A DNA stretch of 64,000 bases from Octopus vulgaris (lineage: Eukaryota). A program made the position numbers and the translations under genes. Below are positions 40,801-53,900 of the stretch, piece by piece. Numbering within the stretch: position 1 is the stretch's first letter; each line of letters starts with the position of its first letter. Where the stretch lies: NCBI GenBank assembly GCA_951406725.2, contig OX597817.1:145452001-145516000 (forward strand), written 5' to 3'. The notes below the pieces were generated by a model that was given only the letters and a program-made list of their open reading frames with translations, made no database searches and was not told the DNA's origin.

Positions 40801-43800
40801 TTTTATTAGTTGAGGGTGTTATTTCTTAATGAAATTAAATTCAGTCATTATATTGTATTTATGGTTTTACTTTTTTCAGATTGGCACCTACATAATGGAG
40901 GGTGGCTGGGAAAAAAAAGAAATTCATATTGCAGCCTGTCGTCTGTTGCTAGATATCATCAATGGCTTGGAGACTTCAGATGTATTCCAAGGAACGGTAA
41001 AATAACAATTCTTCAATATTAATATGAAGTTTTTATTTGATTATTGTCTCTGCTCAAAATTGCATGTGAACAAATAAAAATAGTTCTATGACAACATGGT
41101 TGGATTTCTATATTATATATTTAATTCTTTGTACATAAAAAACATACTCTACATGAATTTAGATGTGTTTCTAATATCTGCATGGTTCATCATTGTTTAA
41201 CGTCCACTATCTTTCTACTTTGGTTACTGATTTTCTCTGAAAAAGATAAAATGTTACAACTTTTTTGATAAATCCTAGATTTGTAAGAAACTCTTTGAAT
41301 CCTGTTAAATACATCCTTTGCAGAATAACAGTTTTAATTGAATTCTTCTCTTTTTTATCCAGGAAGGTCTTGTGACTCGCCTCTTCCAGTGGGCTTCGAC
41401 AGATGAAGATCCTTTGTGCTACTATGCAGTAGGATTGTTAGCTCTTGCTATGGAATTACAAGATGTTGCCTCAAATTTTAAAGATGAAAATGCTGTCTTG
41501 GTATAACTACTTTGAAAAATTTAATTTTTTTTTCTATCTCAATTTAAATTATGAATTTGTGTTCCCAATTAACTGTTGGGTATTTCATTAAGTAATTTTA
41601 ATTTCACTTTCATTATAAGAAAGCAGCCTTTGGTTTGACTTCTTAAGCTAGCAGTTTATCCTGAAATTATTGGTCATGCTTCTACCTTCACATGTTTTTA
41701 TCTTAGAAATTCTTTTTAAAACGTATATCATTGCTTAACATCCACCCTCCATGCTACAATATTTAAATAAGCAATCTCATCATTATAGTTTTCTGATTAA
41801 TAAATTATAAAAGCAAGATGGTGTAGTAACTAATACATTGTTTCTAAGAGTAAGGAAAATAACTGATTTATTTTAGTAGTGTCCCCTTACTTTAGTGATT
41901 CACATATTGTCATACTCCTACATTCTAAATAAGGCTGCAAGCTGACTGAGTCATTAGCATGTCAGATAAAATGATTAACAGCATTTATTCCAGCTTTTTA
42001 CATTCTGAGTTCAAATTCTATTGAGGTCAACTTTGCCTTTCATCCCTTCAGGGTTGATAAAGTATGACTTGCCCTCTCATCTCAGAAATTGCTGGCTTTG
42101 AACCCAGCAACAGACTGGTGTCCTGTTCAGGAGAGTGTTGTGGTTTTGGTCACTTGTATGCCATGGAAACCAGTCCTAGGGCTTGGGGGTGAAAAAAGAA
42201 ACAGTTTAAATATTAATCAAGAATATATTAGTAAAATTTGAGTCTGAGAAAAGATGCATTTCTAATTAAATTTAATATAATATTGATAAGATATTCTGAT
42301 AATGCCACTCAATGTTAATGAATGTGTGTATCTGTGTATACATACACACATCATCATCATCATTGTTCAACAATGGAATTTACTATGCTACGCCAGACTT
42401 CACGGTTCATCATAGCATTACGGAGGTCCTGTTGCTGGATGCCTGTATCCCTGGAGATTACATTAGGGTAGGAGAGTGTGCGCCCTCTGGTATCACGAGT
42501 AGATGGCTTCCAGAGGAGAAGAGTAGAAATTGCCTCGTTTTCAGTGGTAATTTCCCATATATTTGTACCAAGTAATATAAATTGATGATACATTATATTA
42601 TTTATTATTTTATTTTAGGTTGCCCAACTATTAAACAAATTGCACAAATTAAGATCTGAATCATCCAAGGAACCTCTGGAAACAACTGAAAAAGAGAAAG
42701 CATGTGATAATAGCAGCAGCACCAAGGAAAAATCTCACTTCCATATGTTTGCTAAAACACATGATGAAGACAATACTTCTAATGCGTCGTCAGATCTTGT
42801 GTCTCTCCCCTGTACCCCTAAAAGTGTTCCATCTAACTCTTCTACATCTACCACCGTAACTCCTTCCGATAATAAAAGGAAAAGTTCATTTACCAAATCA
42901 GAAATACAGGAGAAAAAACTCCGAATATGTGAAAATTCCTCAGAAGCTAATGATGGAATCAAGAAACCATCTTTGAAGTTATCATTGTCACCAACTTATT
43001 TTAGTTATGATTCATCTAATGCTGTTACTACTCGGCGAGAGTTTTGTCCCCAAAAAGAAGGTAAGTGTCTTGCTTTGAAGATTACTTCGCTATTAGCAGC
43101 TCAGCCAATGTCTTTTGAATGGATTTGGGAGATGGAGACTTCTGTGTGGGAGTTTGTTCTGTGTGTGTGTGTGTCGCCTCCACTGCTTACAAACAGAGTT
43201 GGATTTTTTATGTCCCCTAAAAAGCCTGATAAAATGGGTACTAGGCTTGAAAAATATGTACTGAGGTTGATTTATTCAACTAAACCCTATAAGGATGTGT
43301 CCCAGCATTGCTGCAGTACATTGTATGCTCATGCACATGCGCACACACACACACACACACATGCTTGCAGGCACACACTATCAAAACAAAAAAAAATTCT
43401 TCCTCAGTCACTAAACTGTTTCTGGCTAAAGTTTGACAAAGTGAAAACAGCATGTTTAAATCAAGGATTTGGTGAATTACTCTCTCTTTTTACTCTTTTA
43501 CTTGTTTCAGTCATTTGACTGCAGCCATGCTGGAACACCACCTTTTAGTCAAACAAATCGGTCCCAGGACTTATTCTTTGTAAGCCTAGTACTTATTCTA
43601 TCGGTGTCTTTTGCCAAACCGCTAAGTTATGTGAACGCAAACACACCAGCATCAGTTGTCAAGCGATGTTGGGGACACACACACACACACATATGTACGT
43701 CCTGTCCAACCCATGTTAGCATGGAGAACGGACGTTAGACGATGATGATGATGACGACAGGCTTCTTTCAGTTTCCGTCTACCAAATCCACTCATAAGGC

Positions 43801-46800
43801 TTTGGTCGGCCCGAGGCTATAGTAGAAGACACTTGCCCAAGGTGCATCTTTTATAACAAAGAATTTACAGACTGTGTTTAATCATTCTAAGACCAACTCA
43901 CCCGAGCCTGCTCTTTGTTCTATGATACAAACTTTCTACTTTAAAGTGATCTAAATTAAAATCTTCCATCATAACTTCATTTTTTATTCATATCCCTAAT
44001 GCCAGCTTAGCAATGACTAAATTAGTTTACAAAATTAACTGAAATAAAAGTAGTGTATTTCAACAAAAATATGGTAACAAAAGGGCTAAATCTATACAGG
44101 ATTGATGTGATTTTTTTTTTTTTTTTTCAACCGTTTTCTTTCTCAACCAATGCCAAGTATCCTGTAAGTAGTGTGTGTGTAAGGGAGAGAAAGAAAGCAA
44201 GCTTTTTTTTAACTGTTGATTTGTATTTATCTTCAGAATCTAGTAACAGTAGCTGGTCTGAAATGATGTCCTATGTTATTGGTTCTTATTGCATGGATCC
44301 TATGAGTGCTTCCATGAAGCAAAGACTTATTCTACACTATTTGATACCAATGGGAGAATATCAAGAGGTAAACATATTTCTAAACAACTTTCCATTATCA
44401 CTCAGTGTATATATTAGATTATTAATGTAAAATATGACTAATCAAAATTTTAATAATTTGTTTATTTCTTTTAACACTTTTTGGAAAGTATTTTAATAAT
44501 TATTTTGAAAAATTTAGTAGTTTTTTTTTTTGTATGCAATGTTAAATATACAAAAAAATATTTCTACTTTCACTATCTTATGAATTTATACTAAAATTTA
44601 TATATATTGGTCTTTTGTAGTTGTTAGGGCTTGCTATTCAGTATAGAGCAATAGACCTAATTATGCATTACATCAACTTGAAAGAAAACAAGGATATTCG
44701 TCTTGCATTTGAAGCTCTCAAAGTAAGTTACCATATTCTTTTATTTCAAAGTGACTGAAATTTGTTTTTTTTAAATATAGACATTCTCAGGTTCAACAGA
44801 TCCCAATCTTATTAATTGCTCTTAGCTGAAGCTAATTAATCAATCCATGATTGTTAAAATTGATTATATTTAAATCTCATATGAAGAATATTTGACCCTT
44901 TTAATACCAACTCACCCAAGCCCACTCTTGGTTATATGGTACAAACTTTCTATTTTAAAATGATTTAAATTAAAATTTCCCTTTAAGATTTCATGTTAAT
45001 TTATGTTCCAAAAATTAGCTTAACAAATTTTATTATATTTTGGATCATTTTTAAAATTAATTGAAATAAAGAGGGTATATTTCAATAATTAGTAACAAAG
45101 ATTTAATGAGTATTAAAAAGTTGATAACAATCAATAGCTTTGTTCTAAAATGAATTAACTGTTAATAAGACTTTAGGGTTTTTATGTCTAATCTGTGGAT
45201 TTGAACATTGGTCCCCACTTTTTACATCATCATCATCATCGTTTAACGTCCGCTTTCCATGCTAGCATGGGTTGGATGATTTGACTGAGGCTGGCAAACC
45301 AGATGGCTCCACCAGGCTCCAATCTTGATCTGGCAGAGTTTCTACAGCTGGATGCCCTTCCTAACGCCAACGACTCTGAGAGTGTAGTAGGTGCTTTTTA
45401 TGTGCCACCAACGCAAGGGCCAGTTAGGCGGTACTTGCAACAACCTTGCTCAAATGCTTTTACAATTGCCAGTAAGCCAATGCTGGTAACGATCACGCTC
45501 GAATGGTATCTTTTACGTGCCACCGGCACGGAAGCCAGTTAGCTGCTCTGGCAACAATCATGCTCAGATGGTGCTCTTAACACCCTACTACCTACTAGCA
45601 CGGGGCACAAGTGCCTGTAAGGCGACGCTGGTAACGATTACACTCGAATGGTGCCTTTTATGTGCTGCTGGCATGGACATTGTTATCTATCAAATGAACA
45701 CTTTTATATGCAATTTATTATTACTATTTACTCTTTGACATGACTAAGTAAAAACAACACTGTTTCTAAACTCTGGCAATTAGTTGATTTAGATGTTGTT
45801 TTCAAATCTTTGTTGCTATTTAGGGTTCCTGTTTCATGAGCAACCTTCCATTGCACATTTAACAGAAAGCTGGACTTAAATTCGTTTTAAATATTTAATC
45901 ATCCACCAAGGTCAACTTTGCCTTTCATCCTTTCAGAATCGATAAAATAAGCACCAGTTGAGTACTGGGGTCAATGTAATGATGTACCCACATCCCTGAA
46001 ATTCCAGGCCTTGTGCCAAAATTTGAACTCAATATTTAATAATTTCTCTTTGATAAGCAAGTTTGTAGAGATTGCCTTTGTTATGTATATGAAATTATTG
46101 TTTACATTGTATTTCAATTCACTACTCTTGGTTTCTTTACAGTACCTTGCAACTTTGATCTGCCATAAAAAGTTTGCAACCAAATTTTTAAATTCAGATG
46201 GTGTTCAACGACTTTTAGAAGTTCACCGACCTTCCATTGCTGCTACTGGAGTTTCTCTTTGTATATACTATCTTTCTTATTTTGAAGAGACAATGGAAAG
46301 GGTACTACATCTTTTATCTTTAAAATTGTTATATAATTATTCTGTTGTTTGTTTTTATGTGCCAAAATAGATTTGACAGATGTGCAATAAGGCTGCTTTC
46401 TTTTATCTGTGAGCTCAGCATTCTCAGATCTCGTCTTAAAAAAATATAGTTTTACTTCGGATCTGAATCTACCAAAATTTCATCTTTTTTTATAGCATGC
46501 AGAATTACACTTCTTTAAGCATTAAACAGTTATATATATATAGTTTACAGGTGAGATCCAGATATTCTCCATATAGAAGACACTTAATAGTGCTCAAAAG
46601 ATTGAAACTTAGACTTCGATGTCTTTACAGGGGGATCATTCCACAAGGTAAAGAAAGGCTTATAAGAGGGATCAAGTTGAGTGGGTATAGAAGCAATTAT
46701 GCGGATAAACAAATTAGACAGATCAAATGTATTATATTAAAAGCATCAAATTCAAAACGTGTGAATGTTTGAATACATGCAAAATGAGACAGCAAAAGGC

Positions 46801-46885
46801 AGGAACTTTCAGACGAATTTCTATGTGTAAATATATAGATATTTATAATAATAGGTCCAACTTAACACACAGTACAAATTGTATA

Positions 46886-46917
<32 letters not shown>

Positions 46918-49900
46918 ACCATAGCTTTATTAGCACCAAAGACATTTTTATTTTTTCCATCAATTGACTAAAATATATCCAGGTATTGTCATTCATTTGA
47001 ATCTGTTACAAGTCAAGATATATCTTTCATATTGTCAAAATTCATTGAATTTCAAAGATGGAAAAAAAACATTTAAAAATACTTGATGGCTTAGAAATTG
47101 TGTGGCAGGGAATGAGAAAAATAGTAATTAGCTTTGGAAAATTACCAGGATGTAAATTTTATCCAGACATATAAGCTTTTTTAAATATTTTTGTGGTACT
47201 GAAAAAATATTTTGTGTAAAATTCCTTGAGTGTATAATTTCATATTTTTAATTAAAGCTACAATTGAATAAATGTTATTCAGAATGAATTAAGAAAATGC
47301 TAGCTGTAGTTTTTGTATTTTTTTACTTTAACATTCTGTCTTGAACAAATCATATTTTGGGAAGATTATCTCTCTCTTTTTTTTTTTTTTTTTAACTCTT
47401 GAATTAAATTGAATGTGTATTTATTTTCCATCTTTGTAATTGCTGATGTCCTATTTTTAGGTATGCTTGCTCCCTGAACATGTCCTCTCAGAACTTGTGA
47501 AGTAAGTATTTGCCTCAACAGAGACCAGTAGAAACTTATATTTTGATGTATTTGTTTGTATTTATTTTTTTAGTATGTATGCCAACTGATTTGTAGACTA
47601 ATTTTGTGATTGGTTTTATAGGCATAGCAATTAACTAAAGTGTTTGTGAGGGCCAAGCTAGCTTTAAATAACCAAGATTTCTTTGTCAAGGTAGGTCATT
47701 TCCTGACTACAAGAATATTGCTTCTTTCATTGCACTGTGCTATACTACACATGGTACAGTGTACAGTACCTCTTCTCATGGTACACCTGTACATTTTCCT
47801 TTGTGTGTATAGTTGAAACAGATACCTTTCTCGATTAATTCCTGAAAAGATTTCTAGCAGTTTACTCACAAATTATCAAATCTATAAAACTCATGTAAAG
47901 CAAATGATACGTAAAAACGGTGGAGAAAATCAATTTGATATGAGTTGTCAAGTTGTTTCTACCGAATCAGCGTATATTAGTTAATTAGCCAAAATGGAAT
48001 AAGCTGTTGTGTCTTTCTGTCTATTTGAGACCTTCATTGACAGTTGGATTTATGTATTGATAAATAATGTTGATAGTATATTTTTCATTGCTTTATCCTT
48101 TTGATATTTTGTGTTTCAGCTATGTGTTGTGGTTACTTGAATGCTCACATGAGTCTAGTCGTTGCCATGCTGCAATATTCTTGGATCATGCATTCGCTTT
48201 CCGGATCATTCTAGATTTATTTGATCAGAAAGATGGGCTCCGTCGTTTAATTAATGTGGTAAGCTAGAATTATATTTTTAAAAGCAATTTTGCTATATTT
48301 TACCATACACAATTAACAATGTTCATGCCTTGCTTATATATATTGATATACAATCATGTATCTGTACAGCATTGTTGCCCTTAGCAAAGCCTTCAAGAAA
48401 ATTCCCTACATAACAGCTCTGTCTCGTTTCTTTTATCTGAAGTTTCATATTGGATTGCTCCTGTACAGTATACGTTAACAGGACACACTCCTCCAATTTC
48501 TATCAACTCTGGTTTATCTCCTGGTTTAGTTATATCCCTGATCATCCTGTACATTAATAACCTTACTGAGGTTTCTAACAGCACGTATTTCTGTGCCGAT
48601 GACAACCTTCTTAACCCTTTTGTTACCAACCTGGCTGAAACCAACTCTGGCTCTGTAGTACTATTGTCTTGTTTTCATAAGTTTTGAATTAAAATCTTCC
48701 ACCAAACGTTAGTCACAATTTATGTTCCTAACACTAGCTTAAAGATAACTAAATTATTTTACTAAATATTTTATTATATTTAAAGTAATTGAAAGAAACA
48801 CAGATCATCTCAAAATAAATACAGTAATGAAAGGGTTAAACTGGTGCTGTCCATGTGCAACCTAGAAATCTCAAACTAGGCTTGCACTCCTTCATGCCTC
48901 ACACATCTTTCAATGGCAGTGGGATCTCATAATCATCTGATCTCTATCAATTGGACCAAGAGATGATCACTTTTCATATCAGAGTAGTAGTTTGATAATA
49001 CATTGACCTCACATTCTAGTATATCCCAATCACCCCAAAATGGCTATTCATCTATTTGGATAGGCTTGCTAACCAAGTTTTCACAGAAGCACTGCTCTTT
49101 TCCTCTTCTATTACAGTGGCTTCGTGCCAGTACTTCCCAGTCACCTGTCTTGCCTCCTCGTCCTTACTGTATCTCAGCATGTCAAACTGCTTCCTAAGTA
49201 GCTCAGTCATTCCTTCCCAGATCTAATTTATGTTCATACTCTTTCACTTAAGGAAGTTCAAGCTGAACTTTAGCTACATTGACCTGCTAATGTCATGGCC
49301 ACTGACCCATCGCCTTCAATTAGAAGAAAACATGTAGAATAACATTAAATTTACTTTGGTTCATTTCTTCTATTTTGTAATCCATGTTTATTTTCATTTC
49401 ACTCTGTTCCCGTCTGCATTACGAATGATAAAGTTTTCTAAATCTGGCTCAAATTCACGTTCTAATGTTTAGTTTTACTACACTTTTAAGCATCTCTTAT
49501 AGCTACATCAAAAAGATAGATGATGATGGTAGTTTGCATCTTTGTTCTTTTCACCCCACTGTTAAAAAGTAATTTTGAATTATTTCTTCTATTAATGCCA
49601 GCATGGAAAAATGGACGTAAAATGATGACGATGACTGTTTGACATCCTATGATTTCTTTTCCTACTTTCTATTTTTAAAAAAAAGGTGAGCACACTGCCC
49701 ATTTTATATTTTGATGCATCAGTTGAACAACCAATGGAAAACAAGCTCTATACAATGCGACAGATAGCTCGCTATGTTTGTATTGCTTTTAAGAAATACA
49801 TGGAAGCTCATTTGATTCTACATGCAGATGAAATAAGGCGATCTCACCTGCGTAACGAGAATGGCTCTCCTGTTACTGAAATGCCTGCAAACAAGGTAAG

Positions 49901-50724
49901 TTATTTTTTACTAATACTAGCAGTATCGCCCGGCATTGCTCAGGTTTGTTTCGACCCTTTAGAATTGGAATTTTTGAAAAGTAAAAATTTTGCATTATGT
50001 AGCTAGTTATTCTCTTTAAGTGAACATTATCTTTGTAAGCCTAGTATTTATTTTATCGGTCTCTTTTGCTGAACTGCTAAGTTATGGGGATGTAAGCATA
50101 CCAACATTGGTTGCCAAGCAATGGTGGGAGGACAAACACAGATACACAAATACATACATACATACATATATATATATACACACACAATGAGCTTGTTTCA
50201 GTTTCCATCTACTAAGTCCACTCACAAGACTTTGGTCGGCCTAAGGCTATAATAGAAGACAATTGCTCAAGGTGCTACCTATTAAAAATATAATCATGAT
50301 AAAGCTTAGTCTTTTTTGTACTAATTCTTTGTTTGAACTCTTATTAATTGCATATCACAGTATATTTTTAAACTGTGTCTTTCTTTCTTCGATTCAGGCA
50401 TTAAAGTTGACATTTGAAGTGGTGCAAGAAAACATAGAAATGTTACTTGATCTAATGCCTGTCCGAATGGTCTGGCGTCCTGTTGCTCAATTCAAGCAGC
50501 TTGGTGGCATAAGCCTAGTGATTCAGCTGTTAGCTATTGCACAAAACTGGAACAATTATCCCAGCAAGTAAGTTTTCTTTCTTTGTTTTTGGTTTGTTTG
50601 TTTTTTCGCTTTTCTAAGGTCTATTTATGGAGGTGAGACTGTTTGTCATTCATGCTGTTATCAAGTATACTAATAACATGAGAAGTGAATTGGCTTGTTT
50701 AAAGGTTACTTCTTGTTCTATAGG

Positions 50725-50765
<41 letters not shown>

Positions 50766-50918
50766 CTTGTTTCAGTCATTTGACTGCAGCCATGCTGGAG
50801 CACTGCCTTTAGTGAACCAAATCAACCCCAGAATTTATTCTTTGTAAGCCTGGTACTTATTCTATCGGTCTCTGTTGCCAAACCACTAAGTTTCGGGGAT
50901 GTAAACACATACACACAG

Positions 50919-50953
<35 letters not shown>

Positions 50954-53900
50954 ACAGGCTTCTTTCAGTTTCCATCTACCAAACCTACTCACAAGACTTT
51001 GGTCAACCCAAGGCTATAGTAGAAGACACTTCCCCAAGATGCCACACAGTGGGACTGAACTTGGAACCATGTGGTTGGGAAGCAAGTTTCTTACCACACA
51101 GCCACTCTTATGCCTATATAATATATATATATGATTCACACACACACACAGAAGTGAGTGAACAAACAAATGGAAGTAGCACTCAACACAGATAAAGCTA
51201 TATTTATTGACATAGCTCTGAATGTCTGAAGAGTTAGTAGCCTTTTCTCTTTTGTCCTGCCCACCCTGGCACCTTATCACCACCATTTTTATTTCTCTTT
51301 CTAGCTCCACACCAGTTAAAAATATCCCACTTACTCTTGTCTAATGTGAATGGCCATTTATCTCTTATAGCAAGAACCCTGTCCTGGCCCCTTCTTTCAT
51401 ACATTACCTAGTTTAAGGCTGTCACCCACTCTACTCTAGTCCCACTCAGTCAACGAGTATTTTAGTCTTGTGAGCTACATGGTCACCTCACTAGTTGCTG
51501 GTGCCCTGTAAAATAGTTGGTAATAGGAAGGGCATCCAGCCATTGAAACTGTGTCCAAGCAAACACTGATGCATGGTACAGTTCTCTGACCCTTCAGATC
51601 CTGCCAAACCGTCTGAACCATGCCAGCCTGGAAACTGTTTGTTAAAAGATTATTATGATGATATCTAACGTAGCACAATGTCACAACTTTTGTGGAATTT
51701 CTTTTCTGTTACCTAGTACTAAAAATTCTTTGTAATGTCTTCCTTTTCTTTCCATGTCTATTTCACTCTGTAGCAGATCTGTAATGTTAGTTGACATGTA
51801 AGAAAATATTAATTACTGTAAAAGACTTTACAATAAACTTGAAATTCCACCCCCTCCATTTTCTGTTTTCTATCTTGAAACGCTGTTTGTCTTTTGTAGG
51901 TCTGAAACCTTGTGCAGTGCAATGGATGTCTTAGCAGTCTGTACAATTATGCCTCAGTGCCAACTTGCTATGCTTGAACCCCTCCCAGTAGGCTTGGAGT
52001 TTACAGCCTCTGCTATCAAGTTAGTAACATCTAAAAATTAGTATTTCAAATATTTGTATATATTTTTTTATCTCTGCATATTTTAATTTTTTTAAATTTA
52101 CAAATGCATAGTTTGCATTTCAAACAGAAATGCATTTGCTAAGAGATCACACAGCAGTTCAGTTTGTTATTTCATCAGCTGCCTTGTACATGTGAATGAG
52201 CCACGTAATTCTTCTTGGAACTGGCTGATAATCAGTTTCCATTTCTGAGTTGTAAGAAGGCCATCTAGTTGTGAGAAAGAATTTCTCTAACTATATAAAA
52301 ATTTACTCAAACCACTTCATCTATTCTTACATGCAAAAAAAAAAAGGAATGCAGAACAGTAATACTAGTGTGAACAAATGAATTAGTGATTAGCATTTTA
52401 AATATATATACCATATATGCAGTTGCTAGAGCAGCTAACTGGCTTGCATGCTGGTGGCATGTAAACAGCACCATTTGAGCGTGATTGTTACCAGCGTTGC
52501 CTTACTGGCACTTGTGCCAGTGGCACATGAAAAAACATTCGAGTCAGGTCGTTGCCAGTGCTGCTGGACTGGCTCCTGTGCAGGTGGCACGTAAAAACAC
52601 CATTTGAGCATGGCCGTTGCCAGTACCACCTAACTGGCCCTTGTGTCAGTAGCACGTAAAAGTACCCACTACACTCTCGGAGTGGTTGGCGTTAGGAAGG
52701 GCATCCAGCTGTAGAAACTCTGCCAGATCAGATTGGAGTCTGGTGCAGCCATCTGGTTTGCCAGTCCTCAGTCAAATTGTCCAACCCATGCCAGCATGGA
52801 AAGCGAACATTAAACGAAGATGATGATGATATATATATATTGTATGCTAACCTGGAAAGCAGGGGTAAAATGATGATGATCTTATATTTCATTATCATTA
52901 TTGTCATTTTCTGTCTGTTTTCTATGCTGATAGGAATCAGGTGAGTCATTTCTGCTCCCCTCGTCAAGTGAATTCATTGTGTTTCAGTTTTAAACTATTC
53001 CAAACATTTGAAAAATGCACAATGGTGTTAAGTTTTCATAGCATTTTTAAAACAAAAATATTTCTATGTCTATAATATATCTATATATGTAAATATGTAT
53101 TTCCTTCTTTTAAGCATAATGATTGGTCTGGCTGAAGGCAAAACTGTTCAAGACCCTGAGGTACAAAAATCTGCTTTAAATGTCATCATAAATTGTGTCT
53201 GGGGACCAATGGAAAGGGTAAGTGTAATATTCTAAATACATATGATAACTGCTGTGAAAATCCTTTTGGCAATTTTACTTTTTTTTTTTTTTTTCTATAA
53301 CATTTTGTAAAATCAAATATAGTTAGCTGTCATCTAATTTAAAGGTATATGTAACCTAGTACATGAAAAATATTTCATATCATCATTTGTAGAGTAACAT
53401 TAAGTGAAATTTGTAGCATGCTGTCCTATTAGCATCCCATTATCATTGCTACATTGTATTACTATCAAAGAATCAACTTTCATTAGATCTATGTACATAA
53501 CTAATTTTGGAAGCTTGGAGTGGCGTAGTCAACGGTCATGGGCTGAGAATTCTTTTATTAGTTTTCACATTGCCATATTCAAATTTTTCTATGATTCTAG
53601 ATAAAATAAGAAGCCACTGCTGTGTATTTTTCTCTGAATCATTGTTGTTGAGTTGAGACCCCCTTCGGTTATTGACCATGGGATTGCACCTAGAAAATTA
53701 CCCTCCCAGGCACAAGTCTGGAAAAGGTTGTTTATGGAAGACCAGCTGTTGCCCATGCATACCGGCCTCCCCTCTCCACACCACCAATGTTATCCAAGGG
53801 TAAGGCAAAGGCCGATACAGTTTGGCAGCTGTGACGTCGCAACTCATTTCTACAGCTGAGTGAACTGGAGCAGCGTGAAATAAAGTGTCTTGCTCAAGAA

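Noticed and set aside
42640-43518. 292-aa standalone ORF
   Set aside because: It is DCAF1 exon 6 reading through its donor at 43061 into intronic SINE sequence.
46430-46870. Possible PLE terminal-repeat remnant with hammerhead
   Set aside because: No intact CUGANGA...GAAA core was found on either strand.
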